Shown piece after piece: positions 1 to 7,234 of a DNA stretch of 32,000 nt. The stretch lies in the NCBI RefSeq assembly GCF_049243625.1, contig NZ_CP046975.1. One strand, 5' to 3'. The notes under the pieces are model-generated. The model saw nothing but the letters and a program-made list of their open reading frames with translations. It made no database searches and was not told the origin of the DNA. Each line of letters begins with the position of its first letter. The first letter of the stretch is position 1. The translations under genes and the position numbers were made by a program. The stretch comes from Corynebacterium amycolatum (lineage in GTDB: Bacteria > Actinomycetota > Actinomycetes > Mycobacteriales > Mycobacteriaceae).

Positions 1-270
1 GAGTCCGACACCGAAGCCGAGCAGCGTTGCGAACATCGGCAGCCCGCGGCTATGTGCGGTCACAGCGGTAAACAGCACGGTGGCCTTGTCGGCGATGCTG
101 TCGTTTATGACGCCTCCGAAGAATGCTGCGGGCAGTTCGGGATCTGCCACCAGCCAGGCGGTGGCAATGTTCGCGATAGCGATGCCGAGGAGCGCGAACC
201 CACGCGCAGCGTCGGGAACGAGCATGCGAGGTCTGGGGTTGGTGCTAGAACTGGGTCGGTTGTCAGTCAT
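1..270 (-). CDS. Polytopic membrane protein, DUF418/YeiB-like, N-terminal part (gene continues left of the window)
   Basis: Absent from the ORF track because it is open at the window edge. Reverse-strand ATG at 270-268 reads MTDNRPSSSTNPRPRMLVPDAARGFALLGIAIANIATAWLVADPELPAAFFGG...GLPMFATLLGFGVGL with no stop down to position 1. The opening D-x-x-RG-x-A-L-L-G-I-x-x-x-N followed by hydrophobic helices is how DUF418/YeiB-type proteins start (recollection, not a search). Confidence 0.55.
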   Translation of the reverse strand, partial: MTDNRPSSSTNPRPRMLVPDAARGFALLGIAIANIATAWLVADPELPAAFFGGVINDSIADKATVLFTAVTAHSRGLPMFATLLGFGVGL

Positions 271-372
271 TCCTCCAACGTAAAGGATTTGTGGGAGGGT
301 ACGCAGGTTGGCGGCGGATGGTGAGGTGGGGACGGCGGTTGTCGTGACGTTAAGTTGTAGAAGTCTTGCGAC

Positions 373-421
373 ATATCGAAAAGCGATATAGTATCGAAAA
401 GCGATACATCGAATAACGATG
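373..421. promoter_or_regulatory. Array of three abutting palindromes, candidate operator array in a divergent promoter region
   Basis: ATATCG-AAAAG-CGATAT (373-389), GTATCG-AAAAG-CGATAC (391-407) and CATCG-AATAA-CGATG (407-421), all read directly. A -10-like TATAGT (387-392) bridges boxes 1 and 2. The array lies between the minus-strand ATG at 270 and the plus-strand DUF2975/HTH operon. Confidence 0.5.
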
Positions 422-504
422 TGTCGGGGTTTGGCTGCAGCTCCAAGCGACCCGCAGAAAAATTCACTAACCGCGCCAATGACGGTGCAGCAAGGAAACT
501 AGCT

Positions 505-1095
505 ATGACATCTCCCCAGGCCAAGAAGCCAAATGACCCATATGTCAACCAAACTAAGGAACGCCGGGATGTAGTTGCGGGCCTTTTTGTCGGAGTAATC
601 GCGCTGGCTTACATCCTTCTTGAGCTCCGCCACCCGGTTCTTCACCAACAGTTCCCCAGCGATCTGACTCTGCTCCTGCCTGAAGTCCTGGGAAGTAACA
701 AGGGCGTTCCCATCGAGGTTATGAGCGGTGGAGCCCTCTCCTTGTTTATTGCCGCGACTGCTGTTCGATGCGCTATCGTCGCCGCGATTGCCGTGCTCTG
801 CGTGTTATTCTCACTCTCGTACCTGAAGGGCGAGTTCTTTACGGTTAAGACTGCGCGACGCGTTATGGCTATCTCCTGGCTGGCAGTGATCTATCCGGCA
901 AGTGGTTTCCTGCAACTTATGGGCGAAAACTGGGTCGCGGGTGACCTGAATCTGAGCACGTGGTTCCAGCGCGACCATGCCGATTTCTATCAGCACCTAG
1001 GAATATGGTTTGTCCTTATGATGGTCATCTCCACTCTCGGAGTTATGTTGTTCCGAGCCGCGCGAATGCAGGAAGACCAGGAAGGGCTCATTTAA
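505..1095 (+). CDS. DUF2975-like integral membrane protein
   Basis: ORF-track frame 421..1095. I prefer ATG 505 (MTSPQAKKPNDPY...) because 373-421 is occupied by the palindrome array; GTG 421 remains possible. It has several hydrophobic helices and an acidic C-terminal tail ...FRAARMQEDQEGLI. Size, topology and the abutting YozG-type HTH gene fit the usual DUF2975 arrangement (B. subtilis yoaS-yozG type pair, from memory). Stop TAA 1093-1095 is followed directly by ATG 1096. Confidence 0.65.
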   Translation: MTSPQAKKPNDPYVNQTKERRDVVAGLFVGVIALAYILLELRHPVLHQQFPSDLTLLLPEVLGSNKGVPIEVMSGGALSLFIAATAVRCAIVAAIAVLCVLFSLSYLKGEFFTVKTARRVMAISWLAVIYPASGFLQLMGENWVAGDLNLSTWFQRDHADFYQHLGIWFVLMMVISTLGVMLFRAARMQEDQEGLI

Positions 1096-1299
1096 ATGGC
1101 GAAGGTTGTGTGCCACTTGGATGAGCTACTGGAAAGCCGCGGTATGACGCTCGCAGCCCTTTCCGAACAGGTCGGGGTCACACCGGTCAACCTCTCAGTG
1201 CTCAAAAACAACAGGGCGAAAGCCGTGCGCTTCACGACGCTCACTATGTTGTGTGAAGCCCTGGACTGCCAGCCAGGGGATTTATTCTCGGTGGAGTAA
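1096..1299 (+). CDS. Small XRE/Cro-C1 family helix-turn-helix regulator, YozG-like
   Basis: 67 aa: MAKVVCHLDELLESRGMTLAALSEQVGVTPVNLSVLKNNRAKAVRFTTLTMLCEALDCQPGDLFSVE. Single HTH with the ...KA-x-RF-x-TL-x-x-LC-x-x-L-x-C-x-PGDL tail typical of YozG-like mini-regulators. Start codon directly follows the upstream stop. Confidence 0.85.
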   Translation: MAKVVCHLDELLESRGMTLAALSEQVGVTPVNLSVLKNNRAKAVRFTTLTMLCEALDCQPGDLFSVE

Positions 1300-1386
1300 G
1301 TGCGCTCGCCGTCTGAGAAGTCTAGGGATGCTAGGCGTCCAACGAGCACAGCATGAGCACAGCGAGACCAACGAGTCCGCTGCTCC

Positions 1387-2913
1387 CTAGGCCTCGTCGG
1401 CAAGCGTCGGGCGCACCGGGCGCGCAAGCTGCGTCATGTGCGTGCGGCCGCGCAACTCCACGGACTTCAGGGTGGTCCAGCGAGCCTGCTCGTCCTCGTT
1501 GGCCAGGCGGATAGTGGAAGCCGTGGCGAGCACGCGGCCTGGGGTATCCTTAGCCAACTCAGTCAGACGGGCAGCCTGATTAACCGCGTCACCAATAACC
1601 GTGTATTCAAAACGGTCGCGGGCACCGATGTGGCCGGCGACGACGTGGCCGGCGGAGACGCCGATTCCGGCAGTGAGTTGGAGGTCGAGCAGTTCCTCGC
1701 GCAGTTCACGGGCTGCGGTGAGGGCGTGACCGGCCGTGTCGTCGAGGGGTAGGGGAGCGCCGAAGACAGCAAGAGCCGCGTCACCCTGGAACTTGTTGAT
1801 AATGCCCTTATTGCGGTGCACACAGTCAACAACGTGGTCGAAGAAGGCATTGAGTTCGCGGACAACGACCTCTGGCGAGTTCTTCTCCGCGAAGTTGGTC
1901 GAGCCAATTACATCCACAAACAGCACCGCGACCAGGCGATTCTCGCCGCCCAAAGTTGGCTTTTCTTCCAGAGCCTTGCGGGCGACCTCAGATCCGACGT
2001 AACGGCCAAAGAGGTCACGCACCCGCTGGCGCTCCTGCAAGCCACGCATCATTTCATTGAAGCCCGCTTGGAGGACACCCATCTCGGAGCCGTCGTAAAT
2101 AGGCACGCGCGTATCCACCTGGCCCTGGCGGACCTTGTTAATTGCACCCGTGAGATCCCGAATCGGGTCAACGATGGACATGCTGGCCAGCATCGTGCCG
2201 AAATAGCCGGTGATCAGAGCCAAAACTGCCAACGCGGTAATCGTAGGCAGGAGGTCCGCCGCATCATCTGTAAACATGCCACGGCGCTGACCGAGCAGCA
2301 CAAGTAAAATCGCTACCACGGGAACACCGCTGGTCAACACCCATGTCTGGCGCAGGCGGTGACCAATCGGTGGCTCCAGCGAGGAATCCGGAGCCCGACG
2401 CGCCAGCGCCTCCACGGCGACCGGACGCACCATGCGCTCTGCAATCAGATAGGTCAACAGTGCCACCATGGCGCCACCGAGTACCGAGGTGAGCAGCACC
2501 ATCATGCCAATCTTGCTGTCATAGGCGAACGCGACTCCGCTGAAGACAATCACGCCCAAAGACCAGATGACGGTACCCAAAAGTGCCTGATAGACGGGCA
2601 CGCGCATGACCAGATATCGCACCCGCCGCGGATCGTGCATATCCGGATGACGCTGCCATTTCACCAGCGGTTTGAACAGGATCCAGGTAGTGCCGATGCC
2701 CGCGATAATTGCCAGAACCAGGTACCCAGCCAGGGCATAAATGACACCATTAGCCAACCGTGGCAAGTGAGTTTCTTGGTTCAGTGGCAACAGCATGCCG
2801 AGGAACAAGCCGACAATCATGGCTCCGACAAGGTTGCAGACGAAGATAAATGAGGCATAAGCAGGCCACATTGTCCCGCTTAGCCATTTCAGATTTCGCC
2901 AGAGCCGTTGCAT
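1387..2913 (-). CDS. cyaB: Membrane-anchored class III adenylate cyclase with HAMP linker
   Basis: 508 aa. Hydrophobic N-terminal half. HAMP-like segment PIRDLTGAINKVRQGQVDTRV...GFNEMMRGLQERQRVRDLFGRYVG. Cyclase domain VAVLFVDVIGSTNF...KFQGDAALAVFGAP...GHVVAGHIGARDRFEYTVIGDAVNQAARL. Same architecture as C. glutamicum CyaB and M. tuberculosis Rv3645 (recollection). Confidence 0.9.
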   Translation of the reverse strand: MQRLWRNLKWLSGTMWPAYASFIFVCNLVGAMIVGLFLGMLLPLNQETHLPRLANGVIYALAGYLVLAIIAGIGTTWILFKPLVKWQRHPDMHDPRRVRYLVMRVPVYQALLGTVIWSLGVIVFSGVAFAYDSKIGMMVLLTSVLGGAMVALLTYLIAERMVRPVAVEALARRAPDSSLEPPIGHRLRQTWVLTSGVPVVAILLVLLGQRRGMFTDDAADLLPTITALAVLALITGYFGTMLASMSIVDPIRDLTGAINKVRQGQVDTRVPIYDGSEMGVLQAGFNEMMRGLQERQRVRDLFGRYVGSEVARKALEEKPTLGGENRLVAVLFVDVIGSTNFAEKNSPEVVVRELNAFFDHVVDCVHRNKGIINKFQGDAALAVFGAPLPLDDTAGHALTAARELREELLDLQLTAGIGVSAGHVVAGHIGARDRFEYTVIGDAVNQAARLTELAKDTPGRVLATASTIRLANEDEQARWTTLKSVELRGRTHMTQLARPVRPTLADEA

Positions 2914-2993
2914 GACTACTACCTTAGTGGCAACCCCGGATTGCAGGGAGTAGTTACCTCACAAGAGTCTTGTGGGGCGCGCTAGAGTTGTGG

Positions 2994-3017
2994 CCATGAC
3001 AGAGCCCATGACAGAGC
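2994..3017. repeat. Perfect 12-bp tandem duplication CCATGACAGAGC x2 spanning the holB start region
   Basis: Read directly: ccatgacagagc (2994-3005) then ccatgacagagc (3006-3017). It is in frame and gives MTEP-MTER with two equivalent ATG codons (2996, 3008). Confidence 0.9.
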
Positions 3018-4369
3018 GCAGCGTGTTTTCTCGTATGCCCGAAACCGGTGGGGTTCGCCAGCGGCTGCAGGCTGCTGTGCGCGCTGCGCATTATCGCTTT
3101 GCCAATGGTCAACCGCTGGCAGGCGATGGGGCGGAGGTTTCGCCGGAAGGTGGGGACGCGGGGTCGTCGTTAAGCGATGTGCCACGCGACTCGGACATGA
3201 CGCACGCCTGGCTGTTCACTGGCCCTGCGGGGTCGGGGCGGTCGGTGACGGCGACGGCGTTTGCGGCGGCGCTGCTGTGCACGCGACATGACAACCCCGG
3301 ATGTGGCGAATGTGAGGGCTGTCGGACTGCGCTGGCGGGAACGCATGGCGATATCAAGATCGTGCGCCCGGAGGGCACCATCATTTCCGTGGCGACGGTG
3401 AGGGACGAGCTGCGGCCCTGGGCCTACAAGATGCCCACGACGGCGGATTGCCGCGTGCTGATCATCGAAGACGCCGACCGCCTCAACGAGTCCGCCTCAA
3501 ATGCGCTGCTTAAGGTGGTGGAAGAGCCGCCGCTGCGCACCGTCATCATCATGTGCGCACCAACGACGAACGCGGAGGATTTCTCCGTTACGCTCCGTTC
3601 GCGCTGCCGCCATGTCTATGTGCCGACGCCGCATATCGACGATGTCACAAACCTCCTGCGCGCCGAGCGGCCAGAGCTTACCGACGAGCAAGCGGTCTGG
3701 GCCGCGACGGTATCCAACGGTCACATTGGTCGTGCGCGTGGCTTTGTCTCCGATGAGGGCTCGCGTGCCTGGCGGGGCAAGGCTCTGGATTTCGTGGAGG
3801 CCGTGTTCGACCCGGCGAAGTCGTATTTGGCGGCGCGAGAGCTAGCCAACGAAGTGGCTGGCGAGGTGAAGCGGCGGATGGAGCCACTGGAGGCTGAGGA
3901 GCTGGAGAACCTCGAGCGTTCGCTGGGCGTCGGGGCGTCTGGAAAGGGTGCGCAGGCGGCACTGCGCGGCTCTAAAGGTGTGATTAAGGACCTGGAGGAT
4001 AATCAGAAGCGTCGGCGTAGGCGTGCGGAGTCGGATCTGATTGACCTATCGTTGACCGACATTATGGGGCTTTACCGTGATGCTTTGGTGCTGGCGTTTG
4101 GGGCTGAACGTGCTGGTGGGACTGCTTCGGGGGATTTGAGCTCTGCCGCTGATTCCGAGTTTGGGGATGGTTCCGTCTACCTCATAAATCCAGACCGTCG
4201 TCGGACAGCCACGGAGCTAGCCCGACGCCTTCCGCCGGAGGCAATATTGGCCTCCATCGATGCCGTAACCGAGGTGCGCGGCATGCTCGTGACGGCAGTG
4301 AAGCTGGCGGTCTTGATGGATGAATTGATGGCTAAATTGCAGATCGCAGGGCAGGTTGGTCGCAGGTAA
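2996..4369 (+). CDS. holB: DNA polymerase III delta-prime subunit (clamp-loader AAA+ protein)
   Basis: Walker A FTGPAGSGRS, Cys cluster CGECEGCR, LIIEDADRL box, LRSRC sensor motif. Divergent from the cyclase gene as in M. tuberculosis Rv3644c/Rv3645 (recollection). Start is ambiguous: GTG 2972 lies inside the palindrome CACAAG-AGT-CTTGTG (2960-2974), and ATG 2996 and 3008 are the two copies of the 12-bp duplication. Confidence 0.85.
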   Translation: MTEPMTERSVFSRMPETGGVRQRLQAAVRAAHYRFANGQPLAGDGAEVSPEGGDAGSSLSDVPRDSDMTHAWLFTGPAGSGRSVTATAFAAALLCTRHDNPGCGECEGCRTALAGTHGDIKIVRPEGTIISVATVRDELRPWAYKMPTTADCRVLIIEDADRLNESASNALLKVVEEPPLRTVIIMCAPTTNAEDFSVTLRSRCRHVYVPTPHIDDVTNLLRAERPELTDEQAVWAATVSNGHIGRARGFVSDEGSRAWRGKALDFVEAVFDPAKSYLAARELANEVAGEVKRRMEPLEAEELENLERSLGVGASGKGAQAALRGSKGVIKDLEDNQKRRRRRAESDLIDLSLTDIMGLYRDALVLAFGAERAGGTASGDLSSAADSEFGDGSVYLINPDRRRTATELARRLPPEAILASIDAVTEVRGMLVTAVKLAVLMDELMAKLQIAGQVGRR

Positions 4370-4503
4370 TCCGGGAGAGACGCCTAATTCAGCGGACTGC
4401 AGACCCCATTTTGGTAGCGATGGGGGCAGTGCAGTAGTATTACCGCTTGTACATTTTGTGCAGGGTCATTTCTGCTTGCTTGAAAGCTCAGCGCAATGTG
4501 CGT

Positions 4504-4579
4504 GCCGCCTTAGCTCAGTCGGTAGAGCGTCTCACTCGTAATGAGAAGGTCGCGAGTTCGATTCTCGCAGGCGGCTCCA
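4504..4579 (+). tRNA. tRNA-Thr (anticodon CGT), CCA encoded
   Basis: GCCGCCTTAGCTCAGTCGGTAGAGCGTCTCACTCGTAATGAGAAGGTCGCGAGTTCGATTCTCGCAGGCGGCTCCA. Acceptor stem GCCGCCT/AGGCGGC, D-arm AGCTCAGTCGGTAGAGC, anticodon stem TCTCA/TGAGA with loop CT-CGT-AA, T-arm GCGAGTTCGATTCTCGC. Confidence 0.95.
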
Positions 4580-4584
4580 TTAAG

Positions 4585-4620
4585 CCCCAGCTAGAACAGT
4601 GTTCCAGCTGGGGTATTTTC
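4585..4620 (+). terminator. Rho-independent terminator after tRNA-Thr
   Basis: CCCCAGCTAGAAC (4585-4597) pairs with GTTCCAGCTGGGG (to 4613) with one mismatch and a 3-nt loop. It is followed by TATTTTCC. Confidence 0.65.
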
Positions 4621-4701
4621 CTATCGTCACTGGTTAAGTCGTCCCAGATTATCCGTGCTATTCCGAGTGTAGACAGGGCACAGGCTGAGAACACCGAAGA
4701 G

Positions 4702-4836
4702 GTGAATCGGGAGCAGAAGTTAGAATGGTCCCTCGTGGATAAGGGGCAAGAAGAGATCATTGAGCGGCTCCTAGAGAAGAGTAAGGAAGCTTTTGCTCTT
4801 GCAGTGGAGCTGTACAACAGGCCAACGTTCTTATAG
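4702..4836 (+). pseudogene. Orphan N-terminal fragment of a DUF3644-like protein (44 codons then stop)
   Basis: GTG 4702: VNREQKLEWSLVDKGQEEIIERLLEKSKEAFALAVELYNRPTFL*. The ...EKS-x-EA-x-x-x-A-x-E-x-YN-x-P-x-F segment matches my recollection of the DUF3644 N-terminus (A-x-E-IYNKP-x-F-KYR...), but the frame stops where the family continues. The segment is visibly less GC-rich and sits directly 3' of a tRNA gene. The longer ORF-track frame 4447..4836 runs through the tRNA and is not credible as a whole. Confidence 0.4.
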
Positions 4837-4920
4837 GTGGTGCCAGGTCATGCGCTGTGTACAGGAAAAGTAGTGCTAGCGCTAGTGACCTTCACTCTCG
4901 TGGGCAACACAATATAGAGC

Positions 4921-5796
4921 ATGAAAAAGCTTGTGGTTGGCATGATTGCCGTGGCCGTGATCGTGGTGGCGTTAGTCGGGTTTGTGGGATTCATGCAGTG
5001 GGTCGATGCAGACAGCGTGACCGGTGATGATGGCGTGGCTGCCGGGTATAGCGCTGAAACGGGTGGCCCACTGGAAGCGTCGTTCGCGGGCAAGGGGCCG
5101 CACTCAGTCGACGTGAAGCGCGACGGCGACGTGACCATCGCGGCACCGACGGGCGCAGGACCGTTTCCGGCGGTGGTCATGGCTAATGGCACGAACACAC
5201 CGTTGAGCAGCTACCTGCCCGTGGCGGAACACCTGGCTAGTTGGGGTTTCGTGGTTGTCGGCGATGAGACTCTCCAAACTGGAACAGGGGAGAATGTCGT
5301 GAACTTGATCGAGCACTTGCCGGAGCTGGATTCCCGTGTGGATCGATCACGGGTCGGCATTTTCGGACACTCACAGGGTGGTGCGGGTGCCATCAACGCT
5401 GCGGCCCACGCGGAGGTAGCAGCCGTGTATGCGGCGAGCCCGGCCTCCCACAAAGTGGCAAAGTCCAATGACTGGGACTACACCACAGCGAACGTAGAGG
5501 CACCTTTGTTCTTGATGACCAGCGATGGTCGTTCGGACCGCTGGCTTGTCAGCCCGTGGTCAGACCTAGAGGAGAGCTTTCAATCAGCTGGTGGTCCGGC
5601 GGTCATTGCACGCCGCCTGGGCGCGGATCACAAGGACGTCTTAGAGTTCGGGGACGGTTACGCCACCGCGTGGTTCCGCTGCATCCTTGCTGATGATGCT
5701 GAGGCACGAGACGCGTTCGTTGGTGCTTCACCAGCGGGCGTCGGTGAGCTGGCGAGCAACGCGCTCTGGGACCGAGTGGCCACCCGCGGCTGGTAA
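4921..5796 (+). CDS. Membrane-anchored or secreted alpha/beta hydrolase (esterase/lipase; dienelactone-hydrolase/chlorophyllase-like)
   Basis: N-terminal anchor MKKLVVGMIAVAVIVVALVGFVGF. Nucleophile elbow G-H-S-Q-G-G in VGIFGHSQGGAGA. Upstream PFPAVVMANG...LASWGFVVV strand pattern. Downstream Asp/His candidates (LMTSDGRSD, GADHKD). Confidence 0.75.
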   Translation: MKKLVVGMIAVAVIVVALVGFVGFMQWVDADSVTGDDGVAAGYSAETGGPLEASFAGKGPHSVDVKRDGDVTIAAPTGAGPFPAVVMANGTNTPLSSYLPVAEHLASWGFVVVGDETLQTGTGENVVNLIEHLPELDSRVDRSRVGIFGHSQGGAGAINAAAHAEVAAVYAASPASHKVAKSNDWDYTTANVEAPLFLMTSDGRSDRWLVSPWSDLEESFQSAGGPAVIARRLGADHKDVLEFGDGYATAWFRCILADDAEARDAFVGASPAGVGELASNALWDRVATRGW

Positions 5797-6181
5797 CTCG
5801 CGGGGTCCTTCACCATCCCGTGCGGTGTACCGAACACCCTAAAAGTAACCTGTGCTCACACACTCCTTTCGGCGGAGGCGTGATTCACAAAAATCAGCAG
5901 CCCTGATAAATTTCAAGTGAATTGTCAACCGGGCTGCGCCACGCCAGCCTGTACAAGCAGAATCGAATGAGTCATTCAGACAGAGGCGAAAGGCCACGTC
6001 GAGGGCCTCTACATCGATACCCCTCGGTGATAACTCCTGAAAAAACCTGCATACGCCCCGACGTGCGGTGATTCCCCTGGACTCGAAGGGGGAAGATATT
6101 TCGGAGACAGAGAATCTCAATCGGGTGTTTGCTACTGTTACTCAGCACATGGCAGGTACGCGGATACTAGGAGAACGCACG

Positions 6182-7153
6182 ATGCGGCAGCCCGGACACC
6201 AGCGACTAGCAGTTCAACAATCAGCAGGGCGACTGGCTGTGGCTTTGGTGGCTGCGGCAACTTTGCCAGCCGGTCTTGTGGCCTGCACCATCGACACGGA
6301 GGCTTCCGAGAGAGGAAGCGCTCAGCAAGCTGCGTCGACTGAAACGCAAACCTCCTTGGCAGCTGAAGAAGAGGCCATGCAGATGCCGAACCCCACTCCG
6401 CCGAATGAGGAGTCCGCAATGCCTGATTCTGCTAGCCCCGACGCAGTCGCTCCGGGCGATGCACAACAACAGCAAGCTAATCGCGCTACTTCGCGTGCCG
6501 ACGGCTCTAGCGCTGTAGCCGGCAAGGTCATCTACCTCGATCCAGGCCACGCGGGCACCCCACCACCTGCCGACCTGATGGTCACAGACGGCCGCGGCGG
6601 TCAAAAGCCGTGTAATACCTCCGGCACCGCCTCTAACGACGGCTTCCCGGAGCACGAGTTCAATTGGCTGATGGCGCAGGAGATCAAGCAGCTGCTCGAA
6701 CAGCGCGGTGCTCAGGTGCTACTTAGCCGCAAGGATGACACCGGTCGTGCAGATTGCATCGATGCCCGTGCGGAGAAGGAAAATGCCTCCAACGCCGATG
6801 CTGTGGTGAGCCTCCACGCAGATGGTGCTGGAGAGGGCAACCGCGGATTCCATGTGTCTGCGATCTCTCAGCCGCTCGCCAATAATGACGAGCAGGGATC
6901 TACCGCGCTGGCGACCGCCCTGCGCGATGCCTTTGTTGCCGCTGGTTTTGCTCCATCCAACTATCTCGGCAGCGAAGGGCTGAATCCGCGTGCAGACCTC
7001 ACCGGACTCAACCTATCGACAAAGCCAAAGGCACTGGTCGAATACGGCAACATGCGCGATAGCAGCGACATTGCCCTCTTAACCTCCAGCGAAGGCCGTC
7101 AGCGCTTGGCAGAGGCCACTGTGGCTGGGCTGGAAGGTTTCTTGGCGCAGTAG
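6182..7153 (+). CDS. Lipoprotein N-acetylmuramoyl-L-alanine amidase (Amidase_3 family)
   Basis: ATG 6182 is preceded by AGGAGA 7 nt upstream. Signal with lipobox LPAGLVAC, then a low-complexity Ala/Gln/Glu/Pro linker. Catalytic core YLDPGHAG...EHEFNW...VVSLHADGA...RGFHV...EYGNM. The ORF-track start 6068 has no better support. Confidence 0.85.
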   Translation: MRQPGHQRLAVQQSAGRLAVALVAAATLPAGLVACTIDTEASERGSAQQAASTETQTSLAAEEEAMQMPNPTPPNEESAMPDSASPDAVAPGDAQQQQANRATSRADGSSAVAGKVIYLDPGHAGTPPPADLMVTDGRGGQKPCNTSGTASNDGFPEHEFNWLMAQEIKQLLEQRGAQVLLSRKDDTGRADCIDARAEKENASNADAVVSLHADGAGEGNRGFHVSAISQPLANNDEQGSTALATALRDAFVAAGFAPSNYLGSEGLNPRADLTGLNLSTKPKALVEYGNMRDSSDIALLTSSEGRQRLAEATVAGLEGFLAQ

Positions 7154-7234
7154 CCAAGCTGCCCATCCAGGCCGTAGCTACCTCACACCAGTCACCGCCA
7201 CAGTGTCCACCACAGCAGCCAACCCGCCAAGCTG

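Noticed and set aside
373-421. CRISPR-like or MITE-like interpretation of the tandem palindromes
   Set aside because: The units are 15-17 bp and abut each other with no unique spacers. There are no terminal inverted repeats or target duplications and no cas or transposase genes. An operator array is the simpler reading.
4447-4836. 129-aa ORF running through tRNA-Thr
   Set aside because: It reads across a canonical tRNA and its terminator. Only the last 44 codons (4702-4836) look protein-like, and these are kept as a fragment call.
4580-6180. attL/attR-type direct repeat of the tRNA-Thr 3' end marking an intact island
   Set aside because: Scanning by eye found no convincing second copy of GTTCGATTCTCGCAGGCGGCTCCA; the best is a weak CTCGCGGGG resemblance near 5797-5806. 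No integrase is present. This needs a computational repeat search.
5797-6181. Possible c-di-AMP (ydaO-type) or other riboswitch in the 385-nt region upstream of the cell-wall amidase; also the 93-aa minus ORF 5839..6120
   Set aside because: Actinobacterial cell-wall hydrolase genes often carry ydaO leaders, so I looked for the conserved ...CCGA-x-CCGNCAGCTAACCTCGTAAGCG-type core as I remember it and found nothing similar. Only generic small hairpins are present (for example TTCCCCT/AGGGGAA at about 6071-6094). The minus ORF has no motif, no SD and atypical composition. An Rfam cmscan could still overturn this.
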